Assembly: GCA_977018835.1 (NCBI GenBank)
Contig: OZ361257.1
Span: 4,030,001-4,094,000 of the forward strand
Direction: 5' to 3'
Source: Minutocellus sp. GHC0000111
Taxonomy: Eukaryota
DNA: 64,000 bases
Of this stretch, positions 35,295 to 46,957 are shown one piece after another (within the stretch, counting starts at the first letter, position 1; each line of letters begins with the position of its first letter). The position numbers and the translations under genes are program-made. The notes beneath the pieces are model-generated. The model saw nothing but the letters and a program-made list of their open reading frames with translations. It ran no database searches and had not been told where the DNA came from.

Positions 35295-38200
35295 ATGTCT
35301 GACGCCGGTGTTGTTCCTACGATGGCGCCATCTGCCGGCGGCACAGCTACAGAGCCCGTCAAGACGTGGGAAATCGTGTACATGTGCCTGGTCTTGTTGT
35401 TCATGTTCATAGCCCTCATATCGGACCGAGTCGGTGCTGACATGGTCATGCTGACGGCCCTCACCCTTTGCATGGCTGCGCAAATCGTTAGCGTCGAGGA
35501 GGGCATCGCGGGATTTGCCAACGAGGGGCTTTTGACCGTCATCGTGCTGTTCGTCGTCGCAGCAGGTATTAGTCATACCGGAGCCCTCGACTGGTACATG
35601 GGCAAGCTGCTGGGTATGCCCAAATCGAGCGCCAGCGCGCAACTTCGGCTGATGATCCCCATCAGCATCGTCAGTGCCTTTCTAAATAACACACCAGTGG
35701 TAGCGGTGATGATTCCCATTGTTCAGAAGTGGTCTCGTAGTATCCGCATATCCGCTCAGCAGCTGCTGGTTCCGCTGTCTTTCGCCTCCATTTTGGGTGG
35801 TACGTGTACGCTGATCGGCACGTCGACCAATCTCGTGGTCGTGGGTCTGCTCAATGAGCGATATGCCGACCCACCTCAGATCGGACTGTTCGATCTGGGA
35901 GAGTACGGCGTTCCCGTCGCCATGGCTGGTATTGCCTACATTCTCATTGCATCGCCATTTCTTTTGCCAGGAGGAAAGGGAAGTAAGAAAGATGGTGATG
36001 CCCTCCTTCCGGATGGTGGTGGAGAGAGTATTCTTCTTGGTGCTAGACTTACCAAGTGGAGTCCTGCCGCGGGACGATCCGTACAACGCTCTGGTCTTCG
36101 TGATACCGGTGGCATTTATCTTGTGTCCGTGCATAGGGCCGCCACCGGAAATATCCATAGAGCGGTTGGTCCCGAGTTTGTACTCAACGTAGGCGACACT
36201 CTGTTCTTCACTGGACTGGTCGAAAGCTTTGGTGACTTTTGCGAAGAGCATGGGCTGGAGGTCGTGACGAATGAATTGGAGGGGCAGCGCACGGGGAATT
36301 ATTCAATGCTCTTGAATTCACAGCAGACGTCATTGATGGGCACAAGTGCCAATATCGATGGCGATGATACGGAGAGGGAGAAGACCGTCAAATTTCGAGA
36401 CGATCACGAGGTATTGGGTGGTACCGACGGAGACGAAGCAAACGGAAGAATGGCTCATGATTGCGACGCTGGTTCGGAAGATGGCTTGATGGATGGGCAA
36501 CAACTTACTGGCGGCTGCGCCGATGCACCTCCAGTTGACATAATCGACATATCTGGAGATGACATTGGAATTACCAAACAGTCCTGCGTCAGTGCCGATG
36601 TTGAGTCTCGTTTACGATCAATCAATCGAATGACAGACATGATTCGAGGCATTACACCTGCACCTTCCAACGCCGAGGAAGATTTGGTCATCAAGAGCCG
36701 AATGGGCCTTTCCCATGCCACATCGAGCATGTCTCTTTTTATGGAACCAGATGCTCCAGCAAGAATAGTTGTCGTTGTCGATACAAACGAGGAAAAGAGG
36801 CCGCTCGTAGTGGTAGCGATCAATTCACGAGACAGACCTGGGCTATTACCTGACATATCTCGAGGTTTGCTCAGACTGGGCATCCAATTGCATCACTCCG
36901 AAGCGTCGGTCATTCAAGCTCGCTCGATCTCGATTTGGCGATGCGAGATATTGCAAGGGGGTGTCTCCAATATCGAAGAAATCTGGGACTCCCTCAACGT
37001 ACTTCTCGATTCCGAAAAGGGGGTAGAAGCAGTCAAGAGAAGAGGTTTGAAAGTAATCCGAGCCGCCGTCACAAAGCAGTCTTCCCTAATTGGTAAATCT
37101 GCATCAGAGGCCAATTTTCGATCCAAATACAAGGCTGCGATTGTTGCGGTTCAAAAGAGTGGGAAGAATGTACCTACGGGATCTCAGCTTGGTAATGTCA
37201 GCTTTGAAGCCGGGGATCATTTGGTCCTCCAAGCTGCCGACGACTCGCTGCTGCTTGTACGTCCGCCGTCTGATTTCTACAAGAATCTACTAAACGAAGG
37301 ATCTGGAGAAGGGAGCAAGGTAACCTTGACAACTCTGATGAATCAAATAAGCAAGCCAATTGCCAAACGTTTTAGCCGATCAGACCTAGTTCGGGAAGGG
37401 GACGATGCATCAGCAACTTCTTCCCCATTCCGGCGAGTCAAGCCTCGACAAATATCGGAGACTACTCCGGTAGTTCATGGCGATACCAATAGTAACGACA
37501 ACGTAGCCCAAGATGGCAGTGATAATGCTGGCAATGGCGATGATTACTTTATCAGTGAACCAGGATCTAGTAGTCAGTTGAAAGTGGATGATGTTGACAT
37601 CGAAGCAGGCACAGGTGGAGGCTTTACTGCCGGTGTGGCCAATCCTACTAGTAGGAGTGTCGACGATGAAACTATTAGTGACGAAAACCAAGACCTTGAG
37701 GAGGTTTGGCGCGATCTCCAAGTGATTTTTCCGTCTGCTGACGGTGAGGCTGCATCCGCCGAAGGCGATGCTCTCTCGCGGGAGTATCTTACCGCAATGG
37801 AGGTGGAACCTCGTTCGCAGCTTTCAAAGAAGACGGTCGCACAGTCCGGGCTTGACAATCTTGCAGGTGTCACTCTGGTCAGCATTGAAAGGCCGCTTGT
37901 TCGACCTGACGAAGAACATCCATCATCCAATCCATCTTCCATGTTGACCAAGAGATTTGCTTCAAGTGTGCAGGCTGCGGATGCTCCTTCCGTCAAGTCA
38001 AGCATCATAAGTGCTGGCGGGAGTATTGACGGTTCATCACTCGCAGAGACCACGATAAATAGATTTGTTACGATAGATCCAGAGACTGAAAAGCTACAGG
38101 ATGGAGATGTCATTTGGTATGCTGGTTCGGCAAATGCTGTGGGCGACCTCCGTAAAATCCCCGGCTTGCGCTCTTATCAAAGTGATGAGGTGTCCAAAAT

Positions 38201-39305
38201 CAACGAAAGTGTTCACGATAGACGATTAGTCCAGGCCGTTATCGCCAAGAAAGGCCCGCTGGTTGGAAAAACCGTCAAAGATGTGCGATTCCGTACACAG
38301 TACGGCGCCGCTGTCATTGCCGTCCATCGCGAGGGCAAACGCGTCCATCAACATCCTGGAAAAATCAAATTGCAAGCCGGCGATGTTTTATTGCTCGAGG
38401 CTGGCCCAGCATTCATTGCCGCCAACGCCAACAACTCCCGTGCCTTTACTCTTCTCTCGGAGGTTGAGGACTCAGCCCCGCCGCGTCTGAAGCTACTTAT
38501 CCCTGCCCTTTTTCTCGCCGTTGCCATGTTGGCAGTATTTACTGCCGGTGTCGCTTCTCTTCTGATATGCGCCTTGGTGGCAGCCATCATTATGGTTTGC
38601 ATTGGCATTTTATCTCAACAGGAGGCTCGTGATGCAGTTGATTGGGAGATCTATGTCACTATTGCAAGTGCATTTGGTATTGGCACAGCTTTGACCAATT
38701 CTGGAGTCGCCGGTGGGATTGCCAACTTCTTGGTCGCCATTGGAACCGGTCTCGGCATTGGTGCCGCCGGTCTTTTTGGGGCTGTCTATTTTGCCACATT
38801 CCTCATTAGTAATGTCGTGACCAACAATGCAGCAGCGGCCTTGATCTTTCCCATTGCCATGGATGCAGCCGAACAAACGGGAACTGATGTAACTTTGATG
38901 AGCTACTGCATTATGTTGGCCGCATCGGCAAGCTTCATGAGTCCGTTTGGTTATCAAACCAACTTGATGGTTTACGGTCCTGGAGGATACAAATGCAAAG
39001 ACTTTCTTTGGATGGGAACTCCCATGCAGATCGTCCTGTGGATCCTATCTGTTGCTTTGCTTTCTTATTCCCTGTTGCCTTGGTACGCAAGTTGGATCAT
39101 AATATTTGCCATTCTTCTGCTTGTGGCAGTATTACGCATTGGTGCTGATTTAGGAAGGAAGCCGGGCCAAGCGTTGGGTGATGCAGTGGTAGGAACAACG
39201 GACTATGTCCAGGCAGGAGTTGCAGACACATCCGATGCGGTCCAAGCAGGTGCTAAACCAAAGACTTGGAGAAAGGCACTGAAGCTGCGAAGGAGGAGAG
39301 AATGA
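35295..39305 (+). CDS. SLT-type sodium/sulfate (SLC13/CitMHS) cotransporter with TrkA-C repeats and an ACT-like domain
   Basis: SAFLNNTPVVA, LGGTCTLIGTSTNLVV, TrkA-C LVGKTVKDVRFRTQYGAAVIAVHREG, SRDRPGLL, TNNAAAAL, SFMSPFGYQTNLMV. Confidence 0.92.
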   Translation: MSDAGVVPTMAPSAGGTATEPVKTWEIVYMCLVLLFMFIALISDRVGADMVMLTALTLCMAAQIVSVEEGIAGFANEGLLTVIVLFVVAAGISHTGALDWYMGKLLGMPKSSASAQLRLMIPISIVSAFLNNTPVVAVMIPIVQKWSRSIRISAQQLLVPLSFASILGGTCTLIGTSTNLVVVGLLNERYADPPQIGLFDLGEYGVPVAMAGIAYILIASPFLLPGGKGSKKDGDALLPDGGGESILLGARLTKWSPAAGRSVQRSGLRDTGGIYLVSVHRAATGNIHRAVGPEFVLNVGDTLFFTGLVESFGDFCEEHGLEVVTNELEGQRTGNYSMLLNSQQTSLMGTSANIDGDDTEREKTVKFRDDHEVLGGTDGDEANGRMAHDCDAGSEDGLMDGQQLTGGCADAPPVDIIDISGDDIGITKQSCVSADVESRLRSINRMTDMIRGITPAPSNAEEDLVIKSRMGLSHATSSMSLFMEPDAPARIVVVVDTNEEKRPLVVVAINSRDRPGLLPDISRGLLRLGIQLHHSEASVIQARSISIWRCEILQGGVSNIEEIWDSLNVLLDSEKGVEAVKRRGLKVIRAAVTKQSSLIGKSASEANFRSKYKAAIVAVQKSGKNVPTGSQLGNVSFEAGDHLVLQAADDSLLLVRPPSDFYKNLLNEGSGEGSKVTLTTLMNQISKPIAKRFSRSDLVREGDDASATSSPFRRVKPRQISETTPVVHGDTNSNDNVAQDGSDNAGNGDDYFISEPGSSSQLKVDDVDIEAGTGGGFTAGVANPTSRSVDDETISDENQDLEEVWRDLQVIFPSADGEAASAEGDALSREYLTAMEVEPRSQLSKKTVAQSGLDNLAGVTLVSIERPLVRPDEEHPSSNPSSMLTKRFASSVQAADAPSVKSSIISAGGSIDGSSLAETTINRFVTIDPETEKLQDGDVIWYAGSANAVGDLRKIPGLRSYQSDEVSKINESVHDRRLVQAVIAKKGPLVGKTVKDVRFRTQYGAAVIAVHREGKRVHQHPGKIKLQAGDVLLLEAGPAFIAANANNSRAFTLLSEVEDSAPPRLKLLIPALFLAVAMLAVFTAGVASLLICALVAAIIMVCIGILSQQEARDAVDWEIYVTIASAFGIGTALTNSGVAGGIANFLVAIGTGLGIGAAGLFGAVYFATFLISNVVTNNAAAALIFPIAMDAAEQTGTDVTLMSYCIMLAASASFMSPFGYQTNLMVYGPGGYKCKDFLWMGTPMQIVLWILSVALLSYSLLPWYASWIIIFAILLLVAVLRIGADLGRKPGQALGDAVVGTTDYVQAGVADTSDAVQAGAKPKTWRKALKLRRRRE

Positions 39306-39847
39306 ATGTGTATAACAACCAGGGCATCACTTCTTGTAACAACAATAGGAATATACTATAGGAATGCTTTGTAAAATAAGACAACATACAAACGATGCCG
39401 CAGTACCTGTAAATGAATGTGGGGACAGAGAGCCGAACGAAAGGGAGGCAGCTTTCCGGAGTTTTTGTTAGCATTCGAAAATTTTGAATATACCAATTGG
39501 TATAATATTTTCTCAGTAATACGCGAACGGAAACAGTGTTGATCTATTTCGGTCACATTATTACACATTCTTGGCCTCCGTCGACTGTATTGTCTATTAC
39601 ACCTCTGCCGAGCAAGCACCAGCCATCTTTTCCTATCCACCTTCCCTGATAGATAGTCGAGATCTCAGTTGAAGTTCTCCTTGCGTTCCTATTATCAGTT
39701 ACCATCACGAGCCTTCCTCGTACCGGTCTTACCGTCTCAGGTTGCAGCAGCAATCATACGAAAGAACAATCCCATCCCATTGCAGCAGAGGGCCAGGAAG
39801 AGCAAGCAAAAGGGTAGCATAAACGCCCACGGATAGCACTTGTCACC

Positions 39848-42832
39848 ATGGCACCCACGAGGCCTTTTCTTCTGCCATGCGCGCTTGCGCTTCTGCTCCT
39901 TATATCGACGCATTTGGTCGCCGGCGCCAACAATGAGACAGACGCGCCCACCGACTTCCCCGAAGGCATGGAGCCGACCGAATTGCCGACTGTGTCGCTT
40001 CTGCCGTCAATGGCGCCAACCAATATTGATGACGGAATCAATACGACGGAATCAAATAATACCAATATTACTACTACCACAAGTGCGAACTCTACTATGG
40101 GGACAGAAGCTACCAATTCTTCAAGCACCGAGTCTCCTGAGAAGTCTATGAACGAAACATCGACAAATTCTACCGGCGCTGGTAGCAACTCCACTACCAG
40201 TAATACTACCTCAAGCAATACCACTGCCAGCAATACGAATTCGAGCACCCAAATCTTTGAGCAGGCAACCACGACAAATGCTGATAGTTCCAGTAGTAGC
40301 AGCAGTAGCAATGATACCATCATCGACGTCGCTGTCGCATACAATTTAACAACTCTGCTGACGGCAGCTCAGGCGGCCGAGCTCGAGGGCGTCCTCAGTT
40401 CGGGTATTCTCGGACCCTTGACTATCCTTGCCCCTACAAATGAAGGTATGTGATAGTGCTGATGATTGTACTCTTTGCCATGCTGCAATGTTTCCTATTT
40501 TAAGCAGTTACGGATCTTCTCATTTTGTAAAATGTTGCTAGCAATCGGCTAGCCTACCTAGGTAATGGATGTACCATATTCTCATCCCATTCATCCTTTC
40601 TCTCAATCAATCGACTATTGAATATTGTATGAATATGAAGCCTTCGCAAAGCTTCCCAATGGCACTTTGGATATTCTTCTCGAGCCCGAGAATCGCGATA
40701 CGCTTCTAACCAGTGTTTTATCGTACCATGCCATCCTTGGTAATGTTACGTCTGACATGCTTTTCGATGGCATGTCGATACAAACGTTTCAGGGAGAAAA
40801 TGTAACCGTCTCTATTGCCAGTGACGGTTCGGTCATGTTCAACAACGCCAAAGTTTTGCAAGCGGATATCTTTGCGAGCAATGGCGTCCTTCACACCATT
40901 GATAGTGTCTTGGTCCCAGAGGCTGTCGTTTCTGCTTTGAGCGGAAACACGAACAGTAGTGGGAACATGACAAGCTCGCCCACAATAGCAACGATTAGTT
41001 CGCCAGCACCAAGTCCCATGGTGTCCAGCAATACTACATTAGCGCCAATTCTCACTGACGAAGAACTTTGTGTGACAACAGGCGGCAATGTTACCAACTC
41101 AACCTGTTGCGGTGGAACTGCACCCTTTGCCAATCAGTGCAATGTTGAGATCTGTCCCTGTCCAGGAGGAGGAAATGCAGAGGATGTTACAATCTGCAGC
41201 TGTCGTGAGGGTTCGTGCTTCCATCCAGATGCTGGTTGTATCAGCGATGAAGATGCGAATAAGATTGATTTGTGTGAAAGTACCGGTGGAATGGTCACTC
41301 ACGTTGCCTGCTGCGCGGACACTGGAAATTTCCCTCCCTCCTGTGGCATCGTTGGACCATGTGGATGCCCTCCAGATTCTTCGGAACTGAAGCTGGTTTG
41401 CGATTGTCCCATAATGAGCTGTTTCAATGAGACGAATGGCTGCATTCAAGAGACGCAAATGCCAACTCTTCTCTCTGAACCCACATCGTCACCTGCGCCA
41501 ATGGTCATGCCCACTACTATGCCGACATCGATGAATCTTACCAATACCACCGACAACACAACAGCGCCGACTGCGGCCCCCACTGAAAGTATGGGTGGAG
41601 GCAATGGAACTGTCAGCATCGAGGAGATGATTGCCGCGAATAGCTGGATGACTGTCGGCAACAATCGTGAAGCTAACAAACGAGATGCTGGAATTACGGC
41701 CAGAGAGGAACTTGATGTATTTACTGGAGTCGCTTTCAGTGGAGCATATTATCAAGATATATTCGATGCACGCGGTCCTTTCGCAGATTGCTACGATCTA
41801 TATGGCAGCAGCGCCTTACCCTTGGCGATTCCGTGCGCGACCACCCTTTACTTGTCGCAAGTGAAACAGAGTAGATTCACCTCGCGAGCGAGGACCTTGG
41901 TCGAAGAATCAGAGGAAAACAGCCCATATGTCGTTACTTTGCAAGATATCGTCACCATAACACGCAACACGACAGTCTACGATGCTCTGACAACTAATGA
42001 TCTATTCTCTGAAGCAAATCGGGAGAGCCTCTTTTCCATGGTGATGAACGATGTCTTTGTAGACCAACCAGACATATTGAAAAAAGAATTCCGTCGTCGG
42101 TGCCAGGTCTATCAGTTCTTTCTTGGGGTATCTCATGAAAGCAGGATCCCCGCTATGGTCAATACTTCGGACGTTACTCAGGGTTTCCAGGTCTACACTA
42201 TCCGCAAGTATAATGTCATTATGCTGAAAAAGCAATCGGTAAGTGCGCGGCGCGATGGCAGGTCAATCAGATATGTTCAATCCGAAGCAGTTGGCAGCTA
42301 CACCTACACCCACGGAGCCCTTAGTGTTGATGTAGACATTAACGGCGCTACTTTTCGCGTAGTTACTACCCAGATTTCGGATGCAATGCAAGGAGAGCAG
42401 GGAGACGAACTTGTTGAATACCTGTCCCGGCTTGAAGATGGAACGCAGACATTCATTGCGGGATACATTCCTCCATCAGCTGCAAGGATTATTTCAGCTG
42501 CCGGATACAACGATGGATGGACCAGCAACACAAACAGGAACGAAATTGGCTCTAGTGAGGCTGTGACTGCTACAGAAACCGGGCGATTTGATATTCGCGA
42601 CAAGTTGAGGCCACTTGCGGCTAGGTCTGATCTTGTCATGGTGCAAAATGGTAACAGCAGGTGGCAAAGCAACGAAGGAGAAAAGACAGGGGTTTGGGCA
42701 GTGCGAATGGGTCTTGGTGGGATCCGCGGCAAGGTGTTGGGTAGACCGCGATGGTGGGCTTCAACAAATGCCTGGGTTTATTCACAATTCTATCCAGTCT
42801 CAAAGACAAACATATTCAGGGGTGAGTTCTAA
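39848..42832 (+). CDS. Secreted fasciclin (FAS1) glycoprotein with mucin-like stalk, two Cys-rich modules and a C-terminal EEP-like domain
   Basis: FAS1 LTILAPTNE|AFAKL (intron 40446-40640), LSYH, DIFASNGVLHTIDSVLVP; many NxS/T sites; signal peptide. Confidence 0.85.
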
Positions 42833-43786
42833 TACGTGTAAAAATATTTTTTAAAGAATCTAGATCTACATGTTCAGAAGCGAAGCGAAGACAAAAATCA
42901 TGCCGTACCGACCGGTCCACGTACCGGTACGGTCTGTTGTTGTTGGCGGCACACACGTATAGATCTGTTGTGTATTTTTACAGTGTAGATCCTAGATCTA
43001 CCGGTAGATCTACATGCATCAAATATCCAGCAGCTTACCGTAGATCTAGATTCTACAGCACAGCATTTGTAGAGTACTCTAGCTACGTAGCTAGAACTCT
43101 ATTTTGGACATGACGCATGACGCCATGCTGCAATGCCATGGCGAAGCCGCGCCTTTTGTTTGGTAGTCGGTTGGGTGGCCATCTGTCCCGCGCTGCCGAT
43201 GATAAGTACATGTAGATCTACTCCTCTAGCTAGCTAGTTTATATGAGTTGAGGCTACGGTACCCAGAGACTTCGATTGAGGAGTGCAAACACTTCTCAGT
43301 CGAAACTGACCGGCAGCTAAAAGCAAGGTGAGAGAAAGCAAATCTAGCGAGGCGAGCTTCCTACATGAAATAGATTCCTGCTAGATATATAACCGACCAA
43401 GACAATACGTGTACATGTAGGCACAGTCAGGTGCATGTGTACCAATTGGTACACCGTAGTAGCTTCGGATGATAATTACTCCTCTAATTTAAGAGTTGAG
43501 GCTACATTGCAACATACTCGTAGATCTAGATCTACATGTACAGAGGAAAATTCTCTTTTTTGTTTGGGTGGCCGTCTGTCCAGCCACCCGTCGACGCAAC
43601 AACTCCGGGTGTTTGTATCTTTCAATCTGCTGGACGGACGATGATGACGCGACGCACGCCGACGATGCGATGCGATGACATCCCACGTCAGTGGCCGCCT
43701 GAGTATGCGGAGAGCCAACCTTTGAATACCGTAGTAGATCGCCTGTCCGCACCCACCCACCAAGCAACCAACTAACTCATCTGAAA

Positions 43787-44371
43787 ATGGCACGTTATGC
43801 GTCTCCTCTCCTTCTCCTTGCGTTTGCCCTGAGCGGCATTCATGGATTCAGCGTCAGCATGAAATCTGACGCTCCATCTTCTCCGACGATCTCTCGCCGA
43901 GGAATCCTTTCCAGCGGGGCTGCTGCCGCCTTGGCCACCGCATGCTCGGCCGCGGCGTTGCCTCAGAAGGCTCTCGCTGGCCCTGAGATTTACAATCTTC
44001 CTTCGGGGATTAAATATGCAAATCTCAAGATGCCGGAAAACCCGAAGAAGGCCATCGCTCCACAGCAGGGTGACATTGTGGCGATTGAATTCACTGGATA
44101 TTTGGCAGATGGAAAGATCTTCGACCGAACCCACGCAGAGGGAACGAAGAATGCCTTGCTATTCAAGTTGGGTTCTACGGCCGTGATTCCTGGTCTCAAT
44201 GAGATGGTTTCAAACATGGTCGTCGGACAGAAAGTCCAGGCAATTATTCCCCCGTCGCAAGCCTTTGGTGACGAAGGAATTTGCCTCGAGAATGGAGAGT
44301 GTCTGGTCAAACCTGGATCTACCTTGGTTTATGACGTTACGCTGAAGAAGAGTTCCATCCCCCCGCCTTAA
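43787..44371 (+). CDS. FKBP-type peptidyl-prolyl isomerase, probably thylakoid lumen
   Basis: GDIVAIEFTGYLADGKIFD, VIPGLNEMV, IIPPSQAFG, STLVYDV; leader HG-F plus twin-Arg SRRGIL. Confidence 0.92.
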   Translation: MARYASPLLLLAFALSGIHGFSVSMKSDAPSSPTISRRGILSSGAAAALATACSAAALPQKALAGPEIYNLPSGIKYANLKMPENPKKAIAPQQGDIVAIEFTGYLADGKIFDRTHAEGTKNALLFKLGSTAVIPGLNEMVSNMVVGQKVQAIIPPSQAFGDEGICLENGECLVKPGSTLVYDVTLKKSSIPPP

Positions 44372-44752
44372 GTATTTTCCATTTGAACTGTATTGCGAGA
44401 GGCCATGAGATGAAAATGAGTGAATCGAATCATCCTGAGGGCTCCCAGAGATGGAGAGAACAAGCTTCATGTCGGAAAAAAAAAAAGAAATACAATTGTA
44501 TCGGTGTAAATGAATTGCCGTTAATACGATCAGAAGTGATCGATACCATCGTTTTCATTGCTGAGATGCAACAGGTTGAGTTGAGGCGCAAGAATGAGCC
44601 CTTTTGATACTGCCAATAATTGGATTCGCTACACAACACGCATTCGGTAACGAAAACCACATAAAATGCAAAGCAAAGAATATATTTATATCATAAGTAA
44701 TTACGATCGTATCATACTTGTGTATGATTTCCTACTAGCTAGCTAGCAATTC

Positions 44753-45391
44753 CTAATCCAACTTCTTTACATAGATTCCGTAATGATCCGTCTTCTCTTC
44801 CACAATAAAACCCACATCCTCACTGGTATAAAATGCCGCCGCAATCGGATTGGCCGTGTACAACCTCATGCGCTTGCTGTTGGCGGCACCTCCAACTCCA
44901 CCTGCCGACGACGACGACTGATCCCTCGCCCACTCTTCCGCCTTACTCATCAATTTCTTCCCGACACCCTTACCTCTACTTTCCTCTGAGACGGACATTT
45001 TCCAAATACTGAAGGTGTTGTAATCTTCTCTTTCGTCTTCTGAATCGACTGGAAATTTCACAGAGTCCATGCCCCTCTTGACACCGACCATGCCAACGAC
45101 TTTCGATGACAGCTTGGCCTCGTCCTCACCGCCCTTGAGTTGTATCGCTACAAACATACATGCATCTTTGTTGGAACAGTAGAACTCAATCAATCCAGCC
45201 CCATTGGTTCCTACTGCACCACCTTCGGAGCACTCCTCCTTCACGCAATTATCAAAGAACTCTCGGTACGATTTCCGTTTCTCCTCCGTCGTCGCAGCGT
45301 CAATTGTCTGTTGCAGACCACGCTGCCAGAGTATAGACGCTTCTGGACCGTCGATCGGTTCGATCGTTCGAACGATTATAGAGTTGTTCAT
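44753..45391 (-). CDS. GNAT family N-acetyltransferase
   Basis: VVGMVG, IWKMSVSEESRGKGVGKKLM, N..AAAFY...GF. Confidence 0.85.
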   Translation of the reverse strand: MNNSIIVRTIEPIDGPEASILWQRGLQQTIDAATTEEKRKSYREFFDNCVKEECSEGGAVGTNGAGLIEFYCSNKDACMFVAIQLKGGEDEAKLSSKVVGMVGVKRGMDSVKFPVDSEDEREDYNTFSIWKMSVSEESRGKGVGKKLMSKAEEWARDQSSSSAGGVGGAANSKRMRLYTANPIAAAFYTSEDVGFIVEEKTDHYGIYVKKLD

Positions 45392-45755
45392 TTCTCCCCA
45401 TTTTTCAATTGTTGTTGTGCGATGGCGGGGGCGCCGCTGCTTGCGCCGGCCGCGCGCGCGGCCACGGCGCATGGGGCGTGCAGCCATCACTCCGGGTTAC
45501 AATGGCGCCATCGCCCCATGCTCGAATGCGCCTTGCGCCGCCATGCCACGAGAGGCCACGAGCATAGCATGCTTACATGTACCGCGCGCACTTCTAGCTA
45601 GCTGGTCTTCTAGCTAGTCTACTCGTAGTAGACTCTAGGACCGGTCCTCTACTAGAGTAGTAGGGGCTCTCTTTATTATTCCCCTACTCCGCGCTCCGCG
45701 GTAACATTCATTCCATCCACCCTCGGCGCTGTCTCGCAGTCTGATACAAACTCGA

Positions 45756-46496
45756 ATGGTGGAAGAAGCGGTTTCTGTTTTCCTCGAAGTCTCCGAGCTG
45801 GAATATGCACGGCTAACATCATACGCGGAAGCCCTTTCGAAGCTGAGCCATGCGGTGGCGTCTGCCACGAAGAGAGTGTCGATCGATCAGGCTGGCATCG
45901 GCATCGGCAGTACAAGGAGTACTCGTAGCCGCCAACAAAATGGTTTCGGTGTTAATACTCTTGGCCGTAAGAGGCATAACTATCACACTGGCGACGGCAT
46001 CAATGAAATCCTCGGCGACCGGATAACGTCGGCATTCCAGTGCTCCGAGTTGCCACATGCTGCTTCCAACATGTTCGACCAGATCGCAGCCGTAAGAGAT
46101 TCCCACGCGTTCCTGCTGGATTCGTTGGACGATGTTGTGGTGGCAATCAACGAAGAAGATGCGGCCAGTGAAGAAGGTATTGGCACAAGCAGAACACAAA
46201 CTACTGCCACTGGAGGGACGCATGTGCCAGAGACAAATCACAGGAAGCGACATACGGCGAAACAGCGCAAATTGCTGCAGATACACTCAATACTCAAGGA
46301 CCACGCAGAGCTCAGCCAGCGCGTTGTCAAGACTGTATGCTCATCGGGTGTTAGCGTACCAATAATTCATTCCAATGGCATGCTTGCGACAGAAGAAACG
46401 AACGACGATGGGACGGTGACACAACATCAAAATCGAATTGTGGCCTTGGCGGCACTGCGGGCGAGCATTGCGAAGGTGAAGAAGGGCTGCATGTAA
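45756..46496 (+). CDS. Hypothetical helical protein
   Basis: 246-codon ATG-initiated ORF; no motif recognised. Confidence 0.55.
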   Translation: MVEEAVSVFLEVSELEYARLTSYAEALSKLSHAVASATKRVSIDQAGIGIGSTRSTRSRQQNGFGVNTLGRKRHNYHTGDGINEILGDRITSAFQCSELPHAASNMFDQIAAVRDSHAFLLDSLDDVVVAINEEDAASEEGIGTSRTQTTATGGTHVPETNHRKRHTAKQRKLLQIHSILKDHAELSQRVVKTVCSSGVSVPIIHSNGMLATEETNDDGTVTQHQNRIVALAALRASIAKVKKGCM

Positions 46497-46957
46497 AAGG
46501 GTTTCATAGGGCACCGGAAAACTACCACGAATACAGCCTGACACATCAACTACAGCCCGTTGACCAACTCGAAACGCAACCGAGAGAATTGGGCGTGTGC
46601 TTGCTTGGGAAATTATTTACATGTAGGAATTTCTATTAGCAGCACAAAGAACACCGCGAGACATGTACCAATTGCTATACAAATCAAAGTTGTCAATCAA
46701 TACAAAGCAATATTCCCCCGTAGGATTCCTAGCTAGAAATCTAGCTACGGTTCATATATTGGTAGTTCTGTCGGCTACTACGTAGCATCTTCTTGCCTTT
46801 ACTGGCGCATGTAAGCGTCCGAGATTTCAGAAGATAAAAATCGGAACGAAATTGGAACTAAATAAATTGGAGGCAAAGTAGATCTCTACAGTGTGCTCGT
46901 CTCTTGAGATGATCTCGACGACTCCTACTTGTAGGTAGATCTACCGGTACATGCGTA

